From contig NC_135261.1 of NCBI RefSeq assembly GCF_964204865.1, positions 8,618,001 to 8,682,000 of the forward strand: DNA of 64,000 nucleotides, read 5' to 3'. Source of the DNA: Styela clava (lineage: Eukaryota). Shown one piece after another: positions 24,901-37,958 of the stretch (position 1 is the first letter of the stretch; every line of letters begins with the position of its first letter). The notes under the pieces were generated by a model. It was given only the letters and a program-made list of their open reading frames with translations. It was not told the origin of the DNA and ran no database searches. Position numbers and translations under genes: made by a program.

Positions 24901-27615
24901 GACAGCTATTCATTATCCACCTACAAAGAGTCTTCTTACCTTATGCCTGAATCTCCATCGCCGCACGACCGAACTTCAGAAAGTCTAAACCAAAAATACT
25001 TATATATATGGGCACGAACTGAATATGAGTATACATCTACACATAAATCTGTTTTCACTATAATAGTCAAAGCGAATCTTTACTGTACAACAAAACGTTG
25101 CTGGTAAATATTGAATGAAGCAAATGCAGCAATAAGAAATTAGCAAAAGAGATAGCTAGAGCATAGGACTTGCAGACCTTCGAGTCATATGATGTCTATT
25201 AAATACGATATGTCATTCTAATTTGTCTGACCCGAGTTTTTCACAAGAAAGAAATTCTTGCAATTTTGCTCCTTTACTAGTATCTAGAATCTTTTTTTTA
25301 ATTCAGAAATTAAAATTTTTCAAATCTATCATGTTCTCTTCACCATTTTTCTCAATATAAGCCCAATCGCTGATTTGCTTAGGCTCGTATTAATAACTTT
25401 GATATAGGCAAATCATACGACCATGTAACTTTAAACGCATTTTATAAATTCAATAAAATTGTTTCATACCTTCTAGTTTCATCCTGTTGTTTGTTTCCGA
25501 CTGATTTCGATCTTTCCGGAAATAAATCATTCTGGAATAAAAGAGTTTTGGCAAATTATTCCGCTTTATCTTGCTAACTACTATTTCATTCTGTGATATC
25601 AATGATTAGATAGTGAAATCTCACCTCGTTAAACCGCATTTTAACATTGACACGTTTCGGCGAAGTTGTGACATCGATATTTGCTACATTTTCATTGGAA
25701 TCTGTAAAATGTTATATTTTTCTTTCAAAATATCTCAGAATATTCTATGATAATGATTCATTAATCGTCAGTAATAGGAGTGGTCAGTGACGAACGCATT
25801 TACATCATAAAAACATGTCATGTTTTGAACTATACGAATAGGACGTTCATTGCGACGTCATATTTATTTTCGTACAATGCCGTATGACGTCATAATGATT
25901 TGTAGGACTGCTCAAAACATACTGAGCACGCACAACTTATGATTACTCGCCTTCAGTCTGTAACCATGTATTATAGTTGGATAAAGTATACGCTAACGCT
26001 TTAAATTAATATTGCCCGCCATTCTTTGAAATATACGTTTTGTCAGGTATACCAGGGAACGTTTGAGGTACAGTGTTTACCCGAAAATAAGACTGGGGTT
26101 TATTTCAATTTTCTTTCGAAAAATAACACTAGGGCTTATTTTCGGGGAATGTCTTATATTTTCATTTATCAAAAACAAAATTACAAAGTGGAGAATTACA
26201 AAATTTTCAAATATACAAAATATGAAAACCGATATTCATTTACTTATAAATAACATGTTTTTATTCAAAATAACTGCAAAACATAGATTATTAATCATTT
26301 TAAACGTGTAGAAGAGATTTCCTACTATCGACTAGTTAGAAAAAAAATTTCGCGTTACTGACTATGTCTTATTTTAAGTGGAGGGCTTATATTAAAATGA
26401 GTTTTAAAATTCAGGATAGATCTTATTTTCGGGGAAACACGGTAGTAGGACAGTAGGTAGTTCAATTATGGATGACTTTTAAGATTAAACTGCTTCGATC
26501 GAATTCAGTTGATCGAATATCCACTTAAAGTACCGGTAAATCATTTTCTCCAGTGACACTTAGCTTTGTAAGATAGTTACATGCTGTCAAGACTAATTAA
26601 TGCAATTTATTTGAATGGACTATTTCAAATTTTCTTATTTTATAAGTACATATAGGCTGTATATAAACACGCTTACAATTTACCAAACTGTAAATAATCA
26701 CTTCGCTTCTGTAATTGGAGCGGAGTGGAAATCTTCTCCTCCACATCACGGTAATAATATGCGCAGTTACGCAACTACTTACCTTTTACAGGGTGTCGAG
26801 ATATATCATCTTCTTCACCTTGAGCGGGGTATACCTTCACGGTGACATTGCTTTTCATTTCGTCATTATTTTCGTTAACCTGTATTAAATTAACCAGATA
26901 TGGAGTTCAAGAACATCCTCATATGAAACTTAAATCTTTTACAAGTTGGCGGAGAAAATAAAATATAAACCTGCGTTTCATCGGATTTGGGCTGACGGTG
27001 ATCTTCGCCATTTCTTGCTTTATCGTTTTTTTTTCTCCAGATTTTTCGACAAAAATCAATCCTATATAATATATATATATTTATTAAATTATGATAATTT
27101 TGGCCTTTTCAACAGTCATTTTAACAATCTTTATTAAAGTAATCTAACGAGTACAAACCAACTTTCATCGTATCATGTTCTCTTCAAATACATACTTTAT
27201 CTAAATAATGTGCATTTTAGTATATAACCATGATACAAAACATGGATTAATTTTGGCATTTGGAGGAATAAATAATTCAATTTGTTTCGTGGCTACTGTC
27301 GGAATCGAAAAAAAGTTCTACTAATGTTCAAACTACCATGCATGCGATGCTACCTACATTCGTTAAAATATCACATATCAGGTCATTACTCTGACTACTA
27401 CCTAATCAGCCCCCAACATAGTGGATTGGAAAGGTTCTACATTTATCCATACGGCATATTGTTTCTATATTTATGTCATACAGTCTATATCTTGCTGTAT
27501 ATCTTGTTTATAATGTTCAAAGTTATTGAAGTCTTCATTTAGTTTATACTTACAAGTATATTACAAGAAAGGCGACAAGGATCTTCAATAGGAATAAAAA
27601 CTCATTTGAATCCAT
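21919..27615 (-). CDS. Membrane-anchored ZU5-UPA domain protein (UNC5CL-like, no death domain), multi-exon
   Basis: Hand-spliced: exon 27615-27554 plus the next give MDSNEFLFLLKILVAFLVIYLIDFCRKIWRKK (TM plus basic stop-transfer). Exons 24553-24429 (VIGSHGGSLAIAGCSVLIPKGAL), 24216-24085 (TPTIQLLPKGLSFKKDVLISIP) and 23345-23245 (NWEEF...VNHFT) form a ZU5 domain. Then 23104-22892, 22643-22434 and a probable last exon 22057-21919. Phases agree; the linker exons at 24.6-25.3 kb are uncertain. Confidence 0.78.
23482..23779. mobile_element. hAT-type MITE in an intron of the ZU5 gene
   Basis: TIR TAGGGCTGGGCATTTCGAA / TTCGAAAATGCCCAGCCCTA; TSD GTGGTGGG/CTGGTGGG; homologous to 20415-20800. Confidence 0.88.
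26071..26442. mobile_element. Tc1/mariner-superfamily (Tc2/pogo-like) MITE
   Basis: TA-CAGTGTTTACCCGAAAATAAGA / TCTTATTTTCGGGGAAACACGG-TA; TA TSD. Confidence 0.82.
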
Positions 27616-28163
27616 TCGCCGAAGTCTGCCTGTGAAATTTTTGCTTGCTTATTCCTTTCTGTATATTATAGTGGCCACAAAATTGTATATTAAGTCACCA
27701 ACCGTTCAGACTACTGTTACCTTTTATATGTACATTAATTTGTATTCGTGGGTACCTTTCTGATTCACCGTGCCACGTAAATCAGCTGCACGAGTAACGG
27801 TGATTCAAATACAGTATTTCAGACATTTGAACCCACGCATCGATCACATATTGCTTTGGCCACGCATGTACCGCCGACGGTTAAATAACTATATGAGTTA
27901 TATCGTAAGTAGTATATCCAATGCCTAGAACAATATCATCGATACCGATAACTCATAATTGTGGGTGTCATTCGAGGAAGTAAACTAGTAACCTATTGCT
28001 TCAAGAAACTGTATGCAAAACTGTATCTAGTTATTGCTTTATATATACACGTGATGAGTCTGATGGCATGCAAGTTGGTTAACAGCTCCACAGTATCTCT
28101 GTTATTATAACTAATAATTTAATATCTCTTAATCTACTTTTGAACCACCCTGTAAATATAGTT

Positions 28164-28276
28164 TGGCGCTCCAGAAGTATGTGCGCCAAGATGGCGCACA
28201 ACCAGATGACCCTAACCTGGTACACATACTATGTTCAGGTTGTGCGTCATCTTGGTGCACATACTTCGGGAGCATC
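28164..28276. mobile_element. Short palindromic MITE (CTCCAGAAGTATGTG family)
   Basis: GCTCCAGAAGTATGTGCGCCAAGATG / CATCTTGGTGCACATACTTCGGGAGC. Confidence 0.75.
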
Positions 28277-29291
28277 TTTAGTTTTAGTCTGCCAATTAAA
28301 TTAGACCAAATATTCAAATACTTCTTATTTTCTATATGTCATTACTGCAATGTATGAATCATTATGATCCGAATACATACTTTGTATTTATGCAATTTTA
28401 TTGGAAATAACGGTTCTACATTTGTAAGTAACCCTGGTCTCCAAGGGGGATAAAAGGGTAAACACGGTATTTATGAAAGAGTCACAAATAGGCTTTTAAC
28501 CTAAATAGTGAATTGAACTTATGCTCTCGTCAATATAGAAAAAAAGAACTTCCCATCTACTGGGCCAGTCGCCCAAAGAATATATCTGGCGGATATTGCA
28601 TTTTAGAAAGAAAAAAAAAACATGTGTCAAGACCAGATACGACCGGCCCGCCGAATCATACACAAAATTAACAAGACAAAACTGTCCCGAAGGAATGGCA
28701 CATTCGTCGTTGAAGTCAGTCAGTGGAGAAAATGTAACTGTATTTTGATTACCGCTTTCCTTTTCCTGGGTTAAATTCCGAAATAACTTCAATCAGATTA
28801 AAATATAAATTATTAAACTTAAAATCCACGTAAAAGATGTTGCAATAACTGATAATAACAACTTAAAATTGGGATAAACTTTTATTGTACAAATCTGTTA
28901 TTTACATCTTGGTATTTATGCGAATGTTCTGAATCTTCTTTACTGAATGCATGAATAAACGTAATAGATATGTTAGATCAAAACTAGCTTCTGTTTTATG
29001 GGGTATTTTTATACCCCAATTCCGAACATGGCCATGGACAAGCGACTGATATGCAGTGAGCTATTATTTTGAATGGATTGAAATGTTCCCAATTCCAAAT
29101 CGAAGAGATATCGTTTCACATAGTATGGTTTGCTGGTGGCGAAGTAGCCTCTATCCGTTTGAGCAAAAGACAAAAAATTATAAGTTAGTCAAACGAAACA
29201 AGATGTTATGTACCTGTAGGGTGTAAAAGCCTATAGTATCAAGCACAAGAAAGGTTTAAAGATGCTATTTACTTTGGAGATATGAAAAGAA

Positions 29292-32200
29292 ATGATTGCT
29301 ATTGTCATTGCCTTTATATTTTCATGTCGCTCCAATCCTATTGTTCGTAGTTATGTAACCGATACCGGTAAGCAGGCACAATCGGGCGTGGGCACGAGAA
29401 GACGGACTTGTTATCATTTTGTTCGAGCAGGCACAATCGGGCGTGGGCACGAGAAGACGGACTTGTTATCATTTTGTTCGAGAACTATGGAAACTTTATC
29501 AATAGATAACGTCTGAGGACTTAGAGGTAATAGGTTGACAAGAAGTTGTGAATTATTATATTGTGTTTTTATACGATAGATTTCAAGATATGGGTAAGTA
29601 AATTTTAACTTCGATTTACTTTTTTCGGTATTTGTCAACAATGTTGGCTTACATTCGCCTTGTTGCCAATATACCAAGCGACAGAAAGAACTTACCGGTT
29701 GCGATATACAATAAAACAAAACAAGATAAAAAAAATCTATAATTACATTAAAACTGAGTTTACATTCTATAAATTGGTATAAGATTATCTTGTGGTGGAT
29801 TACCATGGTAAAATATTACGTCTTACTACAGTGTGAGGTCTACCATCCTACAGGGTGAGATTTGCTTAAGGTATTATCATAGCGTGAGGTCTCTGTCAAC
29901 ATCAGTATGAAATCGATGTTCAGATTCAGAGGGCTTCTGAGACTACAACTTGGTATTGCGATATACATCGGTTTATGGTAACACAAAATATTTTCAATGT
30001 TGAAAATAGTGTTTGACGTATGTATAAAGATGCATCTCTTAGATACGTCAGCAATTATTTACCGAAAAGAACATTAACAGATTATTTACAAAATTTAAAA
30101 AAGGGGAGGCATTTTTTGAGGGGGCGTGAAGCTAATTAAAAACAAAAGTATTTGTTATAGATTTGATCTTGACCTCCTTATTTTGGACATTTGCAGTTCT
30201 TTGTTGTTTAGAGATTGCGATATCATCTACGTATTTTCAACGTGTTTTTTTTTGAATGAAAGATACCATTGCCTTGCTATATGATATGTGTAGCTTAGCT
30301 ATTGTTAGTTTTTTTTTTTTTGAGTTGGGGCGCGAGACTTGAAGAATTCTGAAAAAGTGGTGCGACTCAAAAAGTTTGAGAACCACTGGGCTGGGTGCTC
30401 AAAATGCCTCAATGAAAGTAATGAACTTAATATAATAAAGTTATAAAATATGTATCTCTGCAGGTTCATCAGCCTGTAAAATACCAGATGTTCAGAATGC
30501 CATAGAAGCCAAAATCAGAGATAAGGCGTTGAGCATACGAGAAATGAAGAAAACCACAAGTTTGCCCGAAGAAACACTAATTGGAAAACAAAGCACCAAA
30601 CGAATTGTGGACATTTTACTGTAAATCAATATCAGCTTTTCATTCTTTTTATCCTACCACTACTGAATATAAATTGCAAATTTTTTTTTTTTTGGGGGGG
30701 GAGGGGAATGATCATGTTTTACTCTGTATAGTTTCTCAAAAATATTATGCGTCAATATATAGAATAACGGAAAATTTAATTAGGTAGAGTTTGATGTATT
30801 CATTAAAATTTGTATTTCATCAGTATTCAAATTAGATGGAAATACTCAACGACTGTGAGGAGGAGTGCTTTTTTGTAAGACTCTCAAATTCAAAGGTCGA
30901 TTTTCTAATATTTCAGTCGCATCCACTTTCCAATAAAATGTTAAGGAAATCAAGCAATCGCTTCTCATCCCTCATATTTTTATGTGGGTCTTGTCGATCT
31001 GAAGACTCTTTCCTTGCGCTGATTTTCTGCTGTATTGTTTTATGATAAATATGATAAATAACTCTATAATGCGATGTAAAACGCTTCTCTATTAAACACT
31101 GTCTGTTAATTTTACAGTAAAACGTCTGATTACAATTTTGATGTTGGTGACAGAAGCGAGAACGATCGCATATTCAATTTGGAGAGTTCCAAACAAAAAT
31201 CGTTTGAAAACGGAATCGGAATTTTGATTTGTCCAGATGAAAACCGGAAAGCTGTAATCAAGAGTAAGTTTCCACAATTGGAATTTGTCAGAAATGGGCA
31301 CAATAAAATCTGTTACCGTGTGTCATTACAATTTTATTTTCAGTAAAGAACTCGCCCTCGCATGTGCATAAATAGTTTGCTCTCTTACTATTTTAAGATA
31401 CAAAACTGAATCACTATGGACATACTTAATATTTTTATTGTGTTCATATATATACATTTCGTCTTTACATGCAGGTACCAGCGAGAAGATTTTTTTGAGT
31501 CCACCAGGAGAGATACGTTGGCCAAACATTGAAATGACTTATCGTCATTGTTCAGTCTCACAGTGTGTTGTCGAAAATTTCAGACACAAAATAATCGGGC
31601 ATACCGACTTTTTTTTGTTGTATGCTGTAGTACCGGGTGAGTACTCGTATATCAAGAGAACGATGCTCAAATATATAGACATGAAAGCTAAAACGAATCT
31701 GAACGGGAATCGGTGTGTAATCTGTCACAGTAGAGTAGACCACAGTTTCGACAGTATTCACGACTAAAGCTAAACTGGGAACGGCCACAAAGTGCGCAAT
31801 TTTTTATGATGCCATCGCATGCAAAACAAATAAAAAAGTAATTCCTTAGAGCCCACAAAATTTGAAAAAAAAGTAATAGCTAAAAATGCAATCTTAAAAC
31901 ACTGAAAATTTTAAAGCATTCGGTCCAGTGGATATAAGAAAAGATATATATACGAAATATGGAAAAATATGACAACCATGTTGATATTTGAATCAGTACG
32001 CAAAACGAGTGCCAAATTACTGCTTGTAATAGTATATTAAATTTGGGCGTTTTGGCTGCCGTGTCCCCCGAGTTCTATCATTTTACTTTTCTGTTGTCAC
32101 AGATTTCAAGAACAACAAGGTGGCGTTTGAAAACGACGTCCAGGAAACCGTCAATTATTTTGAACAACGTCATGCCAGCGTTCTAGATGGCATTTCAAAG

Positions 32201-32650
32201 TTGTTCATATTCGAGGTTGGTAAATGTCTGAGTAACCTTTATTCTGTTTCTGTATTTCAACTGACGCGTCCTCCATTACAGCCACGTCTATGCATTGTGA
32301 TAAACTTGCATTTTGCTTTGTATTATCTTGGTTTGTAAGAACGCGAGAGAGAGGTTGTTGTTAGCTATATAATTTAACCCTCCTACGAGCCAATCTCTTT
32401 CCAGAATAAATTTGAAATCGATTACGGCTCAGTTTGACTATATTAGTATTTATTATGGGATTAGATCTTTCTGTTTTGGTATCCTATAATGCCAACACAA
32501 CTAATTTCTTGTCCTTTTTTCTCAAATTCTTTAAATCAGTGTTCAAGACAAAGGCGAGATGAAATGTCACCATCGACGCTGAATTTCAGTGAAGATCCAC
32601 ATACCGCCGTCCTATTTACAGACAGGGTAAGCCCTGGTGGATACGAATAA
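29292..32650 (+). CDS. Uncharacterised secreted protein of about 270 aa; exons 29292-29367, 30464-30620, 30836-30874, 31118-31263, 31475-31636, 32103-32215, 32540-32650 (or splicing on from 32626)
   Basis: Seven GT-AG exons join with consistent phases into one open frame beginning MIAIVIAFIFSC (signal-peptide-like). Confidence 0.7.
29371..29482. repeat. Two-copy tandem duplication (about 56 bp) at the start of intron 1
   Basis: AGCAGGCACAATCGGGCGTGGGCACGAGAAGACGGACTTGTTATCATTTTGTTCG twice. Confidence 0.9.
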
Positions 32651-35173
32651 CATTTTTGGTACATCTTATTATAAATGATAATCTGATATTCTACTGAATC
32701 CAAATGTACAGCTAGCTCGTGATATTTTTATGACGCCGTACAATTTCGAAATCGCACTCTTTTAAGAGATAAGACATCCTATTCAAATTAAGTTTGTAAC
32801 TTTTTGAGTGCGTAAAATTTTATGCATTTTTTATATATTTATATTACTGGCATGATTTTCAAAATAAACTAAAATTGTATACTTTCAACTTATTTTCCGC
32901 TTGGAAACATGTACATTATGTTACTAAGTTTGAATAAAAAATGAAGAGTTCACAATTAGATGAAAAACGTCGGAGAGACAATTTCGCCGACTGGAATTAG
33001 ACAGCAAATAATTTTATGTGATCATTATCAACTAATAGTGCATTCGTTTTGTTTTCAAGAACATGTATAATCAAGTGACTAACTATAGTAAAATAAATGA
33101 GCAATACAAACGTTAAACGAACAATTTTGCGATTTTCTAAATTAATTTTACTATTAAAATTTACTAATTTTTCTGATTAAAATATGGATGCAATCAGGTT
33201 GTGCATATGTTTCTGCGGATATTATCATTGCATTAGTTTGTTGTTGCAAATGATTTTACAAAAAGGGATTGATTACTCCCATCGGGGTATAATTCTGTGA
33301 TTAGTTGAGTGGTTTCCTAAGAAGCGGTCTCAAAAATATAGAGGTATGTAAATTATCATACTAATTCGTCAAGTTTTCTAATCAAATTGTGAGCATCTAC
33401 CCAGTGAAAAATAAAATTAACTTAGTGTCATATAAAAGCGTATAGTCGGCTCCAACACATACAGGAATAAGAATCAACAATTGAAACATTTTGATATTGC
33501 TGTTCACTTTTCGACCATGAAGATAACTAAAATTAACATTCCAATACTTCAATTATATATATTATTCTACTGAAGGATGCATTTTTTCCAAAAATTTCTT
33601 TCCACTGTTCATTCAAATCAATCATAATGGTAACATTTAAAATCATAAAAATTCATTTGAAATTTACTACAACTTTCAAACAGTATTGCATGGTTCATTC
33701 GAAACTACATCACAATTGCCTTCTTGTGATTTTTTAAATTTTATTCTCATTAAAAACGATTATCCGACTTGAATTCTTGTAAAACGGTTGGAAATTGTTT
33801 TCCACAATTAACTAACATTGCCTTATTTTCTGCCTTTTTTCCTGTCAATTTCCTACTGAAGGTTCGTGAACTTTGTTAAATTTACAGTGATTGACAGATG
33901 CATTTATTTTCAATTCGAACAAAAACTACCGAGAACAATTTTTGAAACAAAAGTTGAGTTTTTTTTAAACTACCGAAGCAACCGAAAATTAATTTAGATA
34001 GAAGCTCGACCTCCGACATTGATATCAATTTATGAGATTGACTTATTCATTCCCGACTTGCTTAATTTAAATTTTCTTCATGTGGGTGTTGGTAAGATCA
34101 AGTTGTTTTTGTTGTGTCAATTTAACACAGCAGCAATGCCTAAGTTGCAGGCTTCCGGGGAGGCACATTGTATGTTGAGAATAGTGCCGAAGGCCGCATG
34201 CATATTTTTATAATTTATACCTTAGTTAAGTGCAGTTTGCGATATATATTGCGACGTAATTTATTAGTCGACGAGGTTTTTGAACTGAAAAGATTTTACA
34301 TTGCCAAGCCAACCCAGTTAATGTGGTTAGGTATGACTGAGGCATTTCATTCCGGGAGTTTTTAAATATATAAGACCATGTTTTTTGGCATGTAGAGTAA
34401 TATAATTTTAGTTTAACTTCTCAATGTCGGAGGATGCTTTTCATGCAAAATAGCGAGTTTTGACTCGGGTGAGTGATTTTTAAGGTGACGTCATAATACC
34501 CAAACCTCTCGTGAAGATGTAAACAAAATCTGTGAGTGAGGATAAGTCGATACAATTCCGCACTAGTTTATTTAATGACATTAAATAAAATTTAATATTT
34601 TTCGAGGATAGTGAGAAAGGGTACAGACGGTACGTTACTTTGTTTTATTGTAGACTATTGCTGTCAAATAATATTATACTCGAGCCACGAATAATTTCGG
34701 TTTCCACTCTGGCTCTATGGTGCTTACCGGCATCTTGTTGCGTTAGATCATGTTGTCTAAACTCGAAACTAAAGCAGTAGATAATGTGATATTTTTGTAG
34801 CATATCAATTTTGTTATTCGGAACGATCTTGTGATAGCCAGGCATTTGCTAAATCATTAATTATGATATAACTCATCTACATTTGACTTGGCTTATTTTC
34901 TCCGCTTCGTATATACGTGAACCCTTTATACTCCTAAGTTTTACTAATTTTTTTTATTAAACAGATTAATGCGACAGCGTATAACATCATTTGCCATTCA
35001 TAGGATCAGATCATGCCTTTTAGAGGCTACGATTTGGTGCCCTATATAATACTGTATATATAAAATAATAATGATGTTTTTAAACTTTATATTGATTGAG
35101 ACCCCACTGTTTTTTCCCTTGGCCCTCGCTGCCGACTTCACACTTCACTCACAACTTGCTTTTGTAATAATAA

Positions 35174-35540
35174 CTGTTGTTTGTACGAATACTGCTGACT
35201 TGTTTTCTCTCCAAATGCTCCATTTTTTCACACGTACCGAACTTGCTTCGGGTCTGTTGTTTATACGAATACTGCTGGCTTGTTTTCTCTCCAAATGCTC
35301 CATTTTTTCACACGTACCGAACTTGCTTCAGGATGGGTCTGTTGTTTGTACGAATACCGCTGGCTTGTTTTCTCTCCAAATGCTCCATTTTCACACGTAC
35401 CGAACTTGCTTCAGGGTTGTTTTACTGGCTTGTTTTCTCTCCAAATGCTCCTTTTTTTCACACGTACCGAAGAACCTGTTGTTTGTACGAATGAACGAAT
35501 AACGCTGGCTTGTTTTCTCTCCAAATGCTTGTTTGTACAA
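35174..35540. repeat. Tandem array, unit about 78 bp, 4-5 copies
   Basis: Recurrent CTGTTGTTTGTACGAATACTGCTGGCTTGTTTTCTCTCCAAATGCTCCATTTTTTCACACGTACCGAACTTGC. Confidence 0.9.
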
Positions 35541-35552
35541 ATCCATTTTTTT

Positions 35553-36260
35553 TCTTAGCATGTTGGCTTGGCTGCTCTCGGGGGCCTTCTTTTTTGTTTG
35601 GTGTATTTTTTCTTTCGTTACATTTCGATGGTGGACTTGACTTGGCTGTTGGCCTTCTTGCTCTTCGTCTGTTCTTAGCATGTTGGCTTGGCTGCTCTCG
35701 GGGGTGTATTTTTCATTCGTTACATTTTCGGTGGTGGACTTGACTTGGCTGGTGGCCTTCTTGCTCTTCGTCTGGTGTTCTTTCCTTGGACTTAATTTAT
35801 TTCTTAGCATGTTGCTTGGCTGCTCTCGAAGTCTTCTTTTTCGTTTGGTGTATCCGGGGACCTTCAACCCTGTCTGCTGTTGCCCTCCCTGCCTGTCTTG
35901 TCTGCTTCTTCTTAAGCATGTTGGCTTGCTGCTCTCGGGGCCTTCTTTTTTGTTTGGTGTGCCTGTCTTGTCTGCTTCTTCTTAGCATGTTGGCTTGCTG
36001 CTCCTCTCTGGGCCTTCTTTTTTGTTTGGTGTGTGTATCCGGACCTCCAAAACCCTCCAAAACCCTGTCTGCTTCATTTCTCCTCCCTGCCTGTCTTGTC
36101 TGCTTCTTCTTAAGCATGTTCTCTCTCTCTCCACTCCACTCTCGGGGCCTTATTTTTTGTTTGGTGTGCCTGTCTTGTCTGCTTCTTCTTAAGCATGTTG
36201 GCTTGCTGCTCTCGGGGCCTTCTTTTTTGTTTGGTGTGCCTGTCTTGTCTGCTTCTTCTA
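35553..36260. repeat. Pyrimidine-rich variable tandem array
   Basis: Recurrent TTCTTAGCATGTTGGCTTG(G)CTGCTCTCGGGGCCTTCTTTTTTGTTTGGTGTGCCTGTCTTGTCTGC units. Confidence 0.9.
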
Positions 36261-37401
36261 GCCTTCTTCTTTCGGCTTGGGCCTTCCCGTTTTGGTGTTC
36301 CTCTCCTGAAGCCCCTCGATTGGCCCTTCTGCTTCATTTTGTCTCCCCTGCATCACACCTGCCTTGCCTGCTGATTCTGGACTGGCCCGTCTGCTGTTGG
36401 TTCCTTCCCTGTCTGCTCTCCCGAAGCTCCTTTTTTTTCCATGGATCGCCTGTCTGCTGATTCTCGACTGACCCGGCCTCTCCGGTCCGGTCTTTGCTGC
36501 TGATTCTGCCCTGTAAGTTAGTCTACCCTACGGGGTTCGAACCCACACTCATAACTAGCCCCGCGTTTGACCGTGTCTATACGCTTCCCCTGCGCCACCG
36601 CTACCGACGAAGACCGGATGGTTCAGATTCTTACTTAATAAATAATGTCACGCTTGGCAGCCACCCCGACAATGCTAATTACCCCGAAAATTACATTAAA
36701 CATACTACGTTGATTCGAAGCAGGTTATTCATTTCATGCATGGAAGACGTTTCTCTGGGACCATTGTGTACGCTGCTTTAATGTCTGAATATTTGTGCAC
36801 ATAACATGATGACGTTTTAATTGTGGTTTTAGTTTAATTTTTACAAGAATGCGTTATTATGTAATCATCGGCGACAAGAAGCATAAGAAAATTCAATCAG
36901 TGAATCTGCAAACCAAGTTTCAAACTCTCAGCGGAGACATAGTGAGACTGGACGATGGTTCATCAATTTGATACTTTCTACCTCTTGTGTCAACTGACCG
37001 TCTTATCTTTGATTTACTGTTCCAAAATTTATAAAACATGTCAGGAAAGAATGATGAAATTGGTGACGCGGCGCTATGCCCTTCTACAGATTGAAACGAT
37101 ATTATACAATATACATATTAAAAATAAAACGGGAAACACCATTAATCTTGTCGTAGAAGCCCCGCGACAGGTAAAACATGCTTCCGCTGGCACTAGAGAG
37201 GTAACGCAGTGTGATGCGCACGCGATGTACCCAGGGTCATGTCAAACTTTTCTGCTGCACGAGTTTCTGATAATGATGTCCTTTATACCTAACTTGAAAA
37301 TAATTTCAGGAATAAACAAATTATAGATGTTGTTATAAATGAGGCTAAATAAACTAAAGGTACGAGTGAAATTTTTGTATTATTGTTCAACATCAAACCG
37401 A

Positions 37402-37668
37402 GAATATCGGTCGGAGACCTAAGACTTATCGATCGGAGGTTAGGGTATCCCCCAAAACAAAACTCTATAGTGACACCGTTTGTCCCGTCACTAATTAATT
37501 AATAATTCGCTAATTATACGACATAATTCATCCAAAATCAACATGCAAAATTTGGAGCAGATTCAACCACGCTTTCGTGAGATATAGCGTGCATCTAACA
37601 GAGAGACAAACAAACAAACAGACAAATACCTATCAACATACTTACCGATCTTAAGATCGATAAGTAAT
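37402..37668. mobile_element. Small non-autonomous element with subterminal inverted repeat and microsatellite (Helitron/HINE-like layout)
   Basis: ACTTATCGATC near the 5' end, GATCGATAAGT at the 3' end, internal (ACAA/ACAG)n tract. Confidence 0.45.
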
Positions 37669-37958
37669 AAGCAACAAACTCACACCGATAACACGCTGCC
37701 CATATTGCCACGCCCCTGGATGTACCTTTTAATCCATTCTGAAACTACGTCATATTTTCGCGAATTATGATGAAATATAACCTAATCAATGTAAAGTAGG
37801 CATGGCCAATCAGTTTCCAATTCTACTAAAATATATGCATCCATTGTATCGAACTAGGAAGTTACATCACATATATAAGTTACATTCACTAACCTGAGTG
37901 TTATTGAATTGAAAATTAGTGTAAATTTGGAAATCTGGACTTCACGTTTACGTTTACA

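Larger units (their letters stand above)
35061..36604 (-). mobile_element. Composite tRNA-headed SINE-like element with internal VNTR arrays
   Basis: Minus strand: GGTAGCGGTGGCGCAGGGG (A box) ... GGGTTCGAACCCC (B box) at 36604-36528, then about 1.3 kb of nested repeats, then an AATATAAA and (ATT)n-like tail near 35061-35092. Confidence 0.6.

Noticed and set aside
30913-31045. Minus-strand peptide KTIQQKISARKE...KRLLDFLNILL resembling a CYP4 segment
   Set aside because: Short, ends in a stop, no other P450 motifs nearby, and it lies in an intron of the plus-strand gene; likely coincidence
35174-36260. CRISPR-like array or repeat-protein gene (ORFs in nearly all six frames)
   Set aside because: Units are tandem without unique spacers, no cas genes are present and the context is eukaryotic; unit lengths shift frame, so the ORFs are by-products of low-complexity repeats
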